From NCBI GenBank assembly GCA_023408075.1, contig JAEYKW010000046.1, positions 1 through 64,000 on the forward strand: 64,000 nucleotides of DNA. Direction: 5' to 3'. Shown one piece after another: positions 57,912 to 64,000 of the stretch. Numbering within the stretch: the stretch's first letter is position 1; every line of letters begins with the position of its first letter. Both the position numbers and the translations under genes were made by a program. The notes under the pieces are model-generated. The model made no database searches, was not told where the DNA came from, and worked only from the letters and a program-made list of their open reading frames with translations. The stretch is from Bacillota bacterium. GTDB taxonomy: Bacteria; Bacillota; Clostridia; Christensenellales; SZUA-584.

Positions 57912-59618
57912 ATGATTCGTTTGATCAGGGTCAATAAGTTATTGTTTATTGTCACCTTTGCACTGAGCGCAGCGGTATCGGCGGCATACGTTTTCATTGC
58001 TATGATTCTGCAGCAGGTGACGGATACGGCCGTCAGCGGGGATACAGCCGGTTTTCAGCGCATCATCATCATTTCCGTGGCGTATCTGCTGGGACTCGGC
58101 GTTTTGAGCTTTGTGTCTTCCATGCTCGACAAGCTACTGATCAGCAGAATCATACGGCAGCTCAGAAGCCGTGTTTTCAGCGGCATACTGCGCCGCAACA
58201 TGCAGGACTTTTCGAGCGTCAACACAGCCGATTATTTATCCGCCGTCACCAACGATATCAAGCTCATTGAAGACAATGGTATTCAGCCGCTGCTTGTCAT
58301 CGTCCAAAACGCGGTCATGTTTTTAACCGCGGTGGTCGTTCTTTTTACAATCAATGTGATTATCGGGCTATGCCTGATTGGCTGCCTTGTGCTGATGTTC
58401 GCCGTGCCGATGTTTTTCGGCAAAGCGCTTCAGCGCAGGCAGAATGCCGTCTCGAAAAAAATCTCCGACTTCACGGCAAAGGTGAAAGATATTTTGTCGG
58501 GCTATGAAGTGGTCAAGGCTTACGGTATGGATCAGCAGGTTAAGTCCGAATACGAATTGCAAAACAACGACAGCGCTTTGGCGAAATACCGTGCCGACAG
58601 GCTGACCGTGCTGAATCAAAGTGTGTCCGAGGTGCTGGCTTATATCACGGTCTTTTCCGGCTTTTTCATCGGCGCTTATCTTATATTAACGGGCGACATA
58701 TCGGCGGGTGTGCTGCTTGCGCTGATTCAGCTCAGCAGTTCATTTGTGAATCCGCTGATGCTTGTGATGGACGGCATGCCCAAGGTGCAGGGGATCAAAC
58801 CGGTGCTGAACCGGCTTGATGCGCTGACGGACTACGAAGACGCGGCGTTCACGGGTACGCAGGCCCCCGCATTTGAAAAAGATATCCGGCTTGAGAATGT
58901 GGCGTTTTCATATGATGAGATGACGCCTGTGCTCAAAGGGGTATCACTGGAGCTGTGCAAAAACAGAAAATATGCGATAGTGGGACACAGCGGCTCCGGC
59001 AAGACCACGCTGACCAAGCTGCTGACCGGCACCTATGCGGATTATCGCGGAGACATCCGTTTTGACGGGGACGATATCCGCGCGCTGGATATCGGGAAGC
59101 TGCGCAGCATGGTTTCGGTGATTCATCAGCACGTTTATATGTTCAGCGGCAGCATTAAGGACAATATCGCGCTGCACAGGCCGTTTTCGGATGAAGAGAT
59201 GAAAAATGCGTTGGAGCAAAGCGGCGTCAACCTGTTTGTTGAGGATATGACGGGCGGCCTTGATACCTTCGCCGGTGAAAACGGCAGCAATCTCTCGGGC
59301 GGCCAGCGCCAGCGCGTCGCCGTGGCGCGCGCTTTGCTGCAAAAAACGCCGGTACTGATTCTCGACGAGGGAACCGCCGCCATCGACAAGCAGACGGCTT
59401 ATATGATTGAAAGCGGTTTGCTGGGGCTTAACGATCTGACACTGCTCACCATCACGCACAACTTAAGGCCCGAGCTTTTGAGCCGATACGACCAGATCAT
59501 ATTCATGCAGGACGGACGGATTGCCGATATCGGGCCGTTTGAAGACTTGCTGAGCCGCAGCGGCGATTTTCGAGACTTTTATTACTTGCCGGACCAGCAA
59601 GAAGAGATGACCGCCTAG
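57912..59618 (+). CDS. ABC exporter, fused permease/ATP-binding protein (type I exporter fold)
   Basis: 6 TM helices, Walker A GHSGSGKTT, signature LSGGQRQRVAVARAL and Walker B ILILDEGT. Confidence 0.9.
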   Translation: MIRLIRVNKLLFIVTFALSAAVSAAYVFIAMILQQVTDTAVSGDTAGFQRIIIISVAYLLGLGVLSFVSSMLDKLLISRIIRQLRSRVFSGILRRNMQDFSSVNTADYLSAVTNDIKLIEDNGIQPLLVIVQNAVMFLTAVVVLFTINVIIGLCLIGCLVLMFAVPMFFGKALQRRQNAVSKKISDFTAKVKDILSGYEVVKAYGMDQQVKSEYELQNNDSALAKYRADRLTVLNQSVSEVLAYITVFSGFFIGAYLILTGDISAGVLLALIQLSSSFVNPLMLVMDGMPKVQGIKPVLNRLDALTDYEDAAFTGTQAPAFEKDIRLENVAFSYDEMTPVLKGVSLELCKNRKYAIVGHSGSGKTTLTKLLTGTYADYRGDIRFDGDDIRALDIGKLRSMVSVIHQHVYMFSGSIKDNIALHRPFSDEEMKNALEQSGVNLFVEDMTGGLDTFAGENGSNLSGGQRQRVAVARALLQKTPVLILDEGTAAIDKQTAYMIESGLLGLNDLTLLTITHNLRPELLSRYDQIIFMQDGRIADIGPFEDLLSRSGDFRDFYYLPDQQEEMTA

Positions 59619-60005
59619 ATATCGGTGATAGACGTCAAAAGTTCTTATACAACAAAAAACGTTCCCAACAATGAAATGTCACAGAGTATCAAACACTCTT
59701 ATGTGGCCCCTCTGACGACGACACGAATAAGGAGGGCTGTGACTGGGGGGAAAAGGCTTATGACCGGTCATTTCCCGGGTATTTCATGACACTTCCCGAT
59801 TTATCTCTTTGGGATAGAGCATCTGACTGTCTCGAAGGGGTGGAATGGGAAGCTGCTTGGGCTTATTGACAGCCTGACGTTCCCAATAAGGAGACGTCAG
59901 GCTGCTAAAAAGTGACGTGTGTCATATCGATGGAACGTAAGCAATCGACGACAAAGGCTCCATTCAATAACGCGCTTTACATGCAAATCGGCTTCGCGGC
60001 GTCGC

Positions 60006-61877
60006 TTACGAGGCCGATTTTTTGTTCTGCACCATCATCTCTTCCATTGTGCGCCGGACGGCGGTTCTCATTTCGAGCACGCGCGAACGCTCTGTGCCAA
60101 GATCGCCCGGATAGGCGGGCTCGCCGATTTTCAGCGTGATCAGCGGTTTCTTGCGCAGCTTTCCTCTCAGCGCGCCCGGCTTTCTGTAGGTAAACACCAT
60201 CGGAATTATGGGCACGTTCGACTGGACGGCAAGCTGAAACGCGCCGTTGCGAAAGGGGCGCAGCTCGTCGTGCCAGGGCCAGAGCGACGCCTCGGGATAA
60301 AAATGGACGATATGCCCCTGCTCCAGCTCTTTTCGCATCGATTCCATAAACGCATGCAGCGCCTTTGGCGATTCGGGGATGGGAACGCCGCCGAGCAGCC
60401 GCACAAGATGCCGGATGACGGGGATTTCAAAATTGCTTTTGAGCGCGGCGAAAAACGGCTTTCTCGGGAACAGGCAGCACGCCACCATGGGGGAGTCGAG
60501 CATGTGAATATGGTTGGTCACCGTGACCGCCCCGCCTTTCATATACCGCATGTTTCTCTTGCCTTCAATCCGGAGCCCGAAGAACAGCTTCGAGGCGATA
60601 TCGAGCAGCGGCAGCGCAATCAGGTAAAAAAGCAAGGTCGAACCGATGCGGAAAAAGATATTGCGGTTGACAAACCGGTAATGCGTATCCACACGGTAAA
60701 CAAACGGCGTGGGCATATGCATCACATGGCGGTTCAAATCGCCGGCGTCTTCTTCGGTGGCTTTCTGCTCGGCAATCACGCGGCGGTAAACCGCTTCTAT
60801 TTTATCGATTGAGTTTTGTATCGCGTACTCCTGCGCCTCGCGCAGGTACTTTTCGCGCATCCGCGCGCGTTCTTCGGGGTGCTCAATCCAGTAATCGATT
60901 TTCGCTGCAAGGTCGCCCGCGTCTTTGTTGCGGAACAGGCTGCGTCCGTCAAGCGCAAACTGCGGCGCCGCGCTCCTCGGCGAATCGGCAATCACCGGGA
61001 CAAGGCCGCTCGCAATGGCCTCAAGGCAGACGATGGCTTCAATCTCGGCTTCGGCCGCATGAACATACAAATCGCTCTGGTTGTATATCCTCACGATATC
61101 CTGCTGGCTCACATATTGAAAAACGGGCCGGTTGGGGAGGCACTTGCCGAGCCTTTCGTATTTTTTCTGCCGGGGCCCTTTGCCGAGAAAAACGAGCTGT
61201 ATCCTGTCCGCGTATGTCGATTTCTTAACGGCTTTGATGATGAGATCCTGACGCTTTTCGGCGGAGAGGCGGCCCACCATTAAAATCACGAATTTATCCT
61301 TCCATTCATGCGGCTTTTCGATGGGCAAAGGCTGAAATGCCTCATCCACGCCGTTAGAAATCACATGCAGCTTTGCGCCGTAGCCGTGCTTTCTAAGCTG
61401 CTGCGCGATGAACTTTGACGGGCAGTGGATATCGCGGATATACCGATAGAATTTCAGGCGAAACGAGTGATACAGGAAAAACGGCAGCAGCCGGTGTTTC
61501 AGGCCGATGTTGTATGATATGTTCTCGGGCTGGCAGTGAAACGCGGCCATATGCGGCACGCCCATCTTCTTTGCGATTCTGCGCGTCTGGCGGCAAAGCT
61601 TAAAGGGCAGGTAGAGATGCGCAATATCCACACCGTCGAGCGCCCGTTCAATCGTCTTTTTATCCGCGCGGCCAAAAGCCATGCCATGTGCGCGGAATAT
61701 CGGATTGAAAAGGCTCTTTTTTGTGCGTACGACAAATTTATCCGGCGCTTCATGCCCGGTGGAAACGATACGCACCTCATGACCTCGCGCGCGCAAATGC
61801 GCAGCAAAACGAGCAGCCGACACCGACGTCCCGTTGTTCAGGTTGTCGAACTGATCCATAACCAATGCGATTTTCAT
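60006..61877 (-). CDS. Bifunctional GT4-family glycosyltransferase fused to a C-terminal PlsC-like acyltransferase (LPLAT)
   Basis: N-terminal MKIALVMDQFDNLNNGTSVSAARFA... (GT-B, GT4 EX7E region). The C-terminal half has the acyltransferase motif NHIHMLD (HX4D) and a PEA/FPEG-like block (FYPEASL). Confidence 0.75.
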   Translation of the reverse strand: MKIALVMDQFDNLNNGTSVSAARFAAHLRARGHEVRIVSTGHEAPDKFVVRTKKSLFNPIFRAHGMAFGRADKKTIERALDGVDIAHLYLPFKLCRQTRRIAKKMGVPHMAAFHCQPENISYNIGLKHRLLPFFLYHSFRLKFYRYIRDIHCPSKFIAQQLRKHGYGAKLHVISNGVDEAFQPLPIEKPHEWKDKFVILMVGRLSAEKRQDLIIKAVKKSTYADRIQLVFLGKGPRQKKYERLGKCLPNRPVFQYVSQQDIVRIYNQSDLYVHAAEAEIEAIVCLEAIASGLVPVIADSPRSAAPQFALDGRSLFRNKDAGDLAAKIDYWIEHPEERARMREKYLREAQEYAIQNSIDKIEAVYRRVIAEQKATEEDAGDLNRHVMHMPTPFVYRVDTHYRFVNRNIFFRIGSTLLFYLIALPLLDIASKLFFGLRIEGKRNMRYMKGGAVTVTNHIHMLDSPMVACCLFPRKPFFAALKSNFEIPVIRHLVRLLGGVPIPESPKALHAFMESMRKELEQGHIVHFYPEASLWPWHDELRPFRNGAFQLAVQSNVPIIPMVFTYRKPGALRGKLRKKPLITLKIGEPAYPGDLGTERSRVLEMRTAVRRTMEEMMVQNKKSAS

Positions 61878-62109
61878 TTTCAGCAATAATAAAGGATGGT
61901 ACTTAAGAATAACCAATATAATAGCGGGGGAATCCTTTATTATGAACCTCCTTTTCCTTATTAATATGAATCAGAGTATAGGGACATGATATTATTGTTA
62001 TCATACAGCAGAATATTCCTTTTTGCAAATGGAAGACATAAGAGAAAACTTGCCTTATTATGCCGATATGTATTATAATCGTGCAAGAAAAAGCGATAGT
62101 GAGGGATAC

Positions 62110-62841
62110 ATGCTTAGTTTAAGTGACATCACTCTGTCTGTCGGCGATACGAAGATACTCAAAGGTGTCAGCCTGTCGATGGAGCAGAAAAAGATATATG
62201 TGATCACCGGGCCGAACGGCAGCGGCAAATCATCGCTCGCGCGCGTGATCATGGGGATACAGATGCCAGACGCGGGGGCCATCGCGCTGGACGGCGAGGA
62301 TATCACGTCCTTGAGCATTTCGGAGAGAGCCAGGCTCGGTATCGGCTACGCGTTCCAGCATCCGCCGCGTTTTAAAGGCATAAAAGTGAAAGAACTGATC
62401 GAGCTTGCGGGCGCACATCCCAAAAGCATCTGCGATTTGCTTTATGGCGTCGGCCTTTGCTCAAGGGATTATCTTGAGCGCGACGTGGACGGCACGCTGT
62501 CGGGCGGCGAAATCAAGCGCATAGAGATTGCCTCGGTGCTGGCCCGCAAGCTTAAAGTCGCCGTGTTTGACGAGCCCGAAGCGGGTATTGACCTGTGGAG
62601 CTTTCAAAAGCTGGCCGAGACGTTTAAAACTATGCACGAACAGCTCGATACCACGATTGTGATTATCTCGCATCAGGAGCGGATTCTCGAGCTCGCCGAT
62701 GAAATCTTACTGATGTCCGCAGGGTCGCTGCGCCGCCGTGTCTCTCGAGACGAGATCATGGGACGGGGCATTGTGGACGGATGCGAATGCAGCGCGAACT
62801 GCGGAAAGGTGGAGGTTGGCGATGTTGAATGCATTGGATGA
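62110..62841 (+). CDS. sufC: Fe-S cluster assembly ATPase SufC
   Basis: Walker A GPNGSGKSS, signature LSGGEIKRIEIASVL and H-loop ISHQERIL. Start chosen at MLSLSD after a GTGAGGGA RBS. Confidence 0.8.
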   Translation: MLSLSDITLSVGDTKILKGVSLSMEQKKIYVITGPNGSGKSSLARVIMGIQMPDAGAIALDGEDITSLSISERARLGIGYAFQHPPRFKGIKVKELIELAGAHPKSICDLLYGVGLCSRDYLERDVDGTLSGGEIKRIEIASVLARKLKVAVFDEPEAGIDLWSFQKLAETFKTMHEQLDTTIVIISHQERILELADEILLMSAGSLRRRVSRDEIMGRGIVDGCECSANCGKVEVGDVECIG

Positions 62842-63742
62842 GCTGCTGCTCGAACAGATTGCCGACCTGCACGGCGTTCCTCAGGGCGCTTATAACATCC
62901 GGAAAAACGGAGAAAAGGCGGGCCGCGCCACCACGGTCAACATTGACATCACAAACAAGCTCGACCGCCCGGGCATCGACATCACGGTGAAGCCGCACAC
63001 CAAGAACGAAAGCGTGCATATTCCCGTCATCGTGACAAACTCGGGGCTGAGCGATCTCGTTTACAATACGTTTGAAATCGGAGAAGGGGCCGATGTGATG
63101 ATCGTCGCCGGATGCGGCATTCACAACGCGGGTAAAGACAAATCTCAGCACGACGGTATCCATGAGTTTTTTGTGCGCCGCGGCGCGCGTATCCGCTACG
63201 TGGAAAAACATTACGGCTCGGGCGACGGCGCAGGCGATAAGGTGCTAAACCCCAAAACGATACTGCATGTGGAAGAGGACGCGACGGTGGAGCTGGAGCT
63301 GATACAAATACGCGGCGTGGACAGCACGCGGCGCGATACGCAGGTGCACCTTTCCGACCGCGCAAAGCTGGTGGTGACCGAAAGGCTGCTGACCGACGGA
63401 AAAGAAGAGGCGTATTCGAGCATCAGCATCGACATGCCGGGCGCCGGTTCTTCCGCACAGATTATTTCGCGCTCCGTCGCAAGAGGGCATTCCAAACAGG
63501 ACTTTTCGTTTGACCTAATCGGCAGGAACGCGTGCCGCGGGCACATACAGTGCGACGCCATCATCATGGATGAGGCCACGGTGATTTCGACGCCGCGTAT
63601 TTCCGCGCACAATGAATATGCGCAGCTCATCCACGAAGCGGCAATCGGCCGTCTCGAATCGCAGCAGCTGTTAAAGCTTGAGTCTCTCGGCCTTTCCGAG
63701 CAGGAAGCCGAGGATACGATACTCAAAGGGTTTTTAAGATAA
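62822..63742 (+). CDS. sufD: SufB/SufD-family Fe-S cluster assembly protein (short form)
   Basis: The C-terminal beta-helix region is typical of SufB/D (…RGHIQCDAIIMDEATVISTPRISAHNEYAQLIHEAAIGRLESQQLLKLESLGLSEQEA). Start MLNALDELL overlaps the sufC end. Confidence 0.7.
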   Translation: MLNALDELLLEQIADLHGVPQGAYNIRKNGEKAGRATTVNIDITNKLDRPGIDITVKPHTKNESVHIPVIVTNSGLSDLVYNTFEIGEGADVMIVAGCGIHNAGKDKSQHDGIHEFFVRRGARIRYVEKHYGSGDGAGDKVLNPKTILHVEEDATVELELIQIRGVDSTRRDTQVHLSDRAKLVVTERLLTDGKEEAYSSISIDMPGAGSSAQIISRSVARGHSKQDFSFDLIGRNACRGHIQCDAIIMDEATVISTPRISAHNEYAQLIHEAAIGRLESQQLLKLESLGLSEQEAEDTILKGFLR

Positions 63743-63860
63743 CGCTCGCTTATCTTGTTTGTGTTTGATGTTTCGGCGGCCTGCTCAGTTGCAGGCCCTT
63801 TGTCTGTGCAATCAATATAAAGCGGACGGATGGACAAAATAACGGTTAAAGGGGACAGCG

Positions 63861-64000
63861 GGGAGCTTGTATGAAACTCAACAGAGAAGAACTCGATACG
63901 AGGCTGGAGCGGTTTTGCTTCGCGATGAACAATGAGTACCCGGAATGGGACACGGCTCTCATTTTAAGCAGGGTCAACCAATATTACTTCACCGGTACCA
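63861..64000 (+). CDS. M24-family aminopeptidase (Xaa-Pro aminopeptidase-like), N-terminal fragment (runs off the window)
   Basis: MKLNREELDTRLERFCFAMNNEYPEWDTALILSRVNQYYFTGT resembles the creatinase/prolidase N-terminal domain. Confidence 0.4.

Noticed and set aside
59640-60005. Hairpins between the ABC exporter and the GT4::acyltransferase gene (CAGCCTGACGT...ACGTCAGGCTG, 59862-59900; AATCGGC...GCCGATTTTTT, 59987-60025) and a 75-aa ORF (59912-60139)
   Set aside because: The hairpins are real in sequence, but their strand and function are ambiguous: plus-strand terminator, minus-strand gene end, or small RNA. The 75-aa ORF overlaps the stop of the convergent gene and has no RBS. Not called as a feature.
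1-64000. Search for CRISPR arrays, tRNA and rRNA genes
   Set aside because: No regularly spaced direct repeats with unique spacers were found. No tRNA-like T-loop motifs (GGTTCGAATCC-type) appear in gene-free regions, and there are no rRNA-like stretches. The only dispersed or tandem repeats are the hairpin units and MITE-like element reported above.

Overview
This is a 64-kb chromosomal segment from an anaerobic, spore-forming Firmicute. The assignment (Clostridia, Oscillospiraceae-like) is inferred from gene content only: spore photoproduct lyase splB, HelD, a T-box-controlled leu operon, a monomeric [FeFe]-hydrogenase, a BirA-box bioY and a SufCD pair. GC is about 55%, with three AT-rich blocks at roughly 13.8-14.3 kb, 19.5-22.3 kb and 36.3-37.2 kb. 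No rRNA, tRNA or CRISPR array was found by eye.

Gene order from left to right:
- A partial IS30-like transposase C-terminus sits at the window edge.
- A sigma-A promoter and a T-box leader precede leuA-leuC-leuD.
- bioY follows on the minus strand with a BirA-type operator.
- An ECF sigma factor, a DUF4349 lipoprotein and a SIMPL lipoprotein form a cluster.
- splB comes next.
- An aldo/keto reductase is divergent from a MocR regulator.
- A RumA-type 23S rRNA methyltransferase and a cyclophilin lipoprotein follow.
- A membrane-anchored LRR protein follows the cyclophilin gene.
- A WYL regulator is divergent from a DJ-1/PfpI protein.
- A YdjG/YdjI-like zinc-ribbon plus SPFH pair lies on the minus strand.
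- An AT-rich island carries an SDR plus an ERG4/ERG24-type sterol-reductase-like membrane protein.
- A WYL-regulated operon encodes an SDR, an NTF2-like protein and a ferredoxin-nitroreductase.
- A HelD helicase, a U32 peptidase, a hypoxanthine-DNA glycosylase and a [FeFe] hydrogenase follow.
- A YhfW-like FAD/Rieske protein precedes a tocopherol-cyclase-family protein.
- A long ArsR-family regulator and an ABC exporter share an operator motif.
- A GT4::acyltransferase fusion is on the minus strand.
- sufC-sufD and a partial M24 peptidase close the window.

The most unusual locus is 29.0-36.3 kb. It holds a BlaI repressor and a BlaR1-type M56 sensor-protease whose extracellular sensor is a leucine-rich-repeat domain. 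A roughly 1.2-kb tandem segmental duplication follows. The duplication creates a truncated BlaI C-terminal fragment and a second BlaR1 paralog carrying a different, uncharacterised sensor domain. That same domain recurs on a secreted LysM protein encoded immediately downstream, next to a LysM-C25(gingipain)-like paralog. The arrangement suggests a modular, domain-swapped cell-surface signalling system that has not been described.

Second, a MITE-like hairpin element of about 140-170 bp is present in two copies. Each copy is inserted into, and has duplicated, a palindromic terminator hairpin. One copy carries paired complementary insertions that extend its stem.
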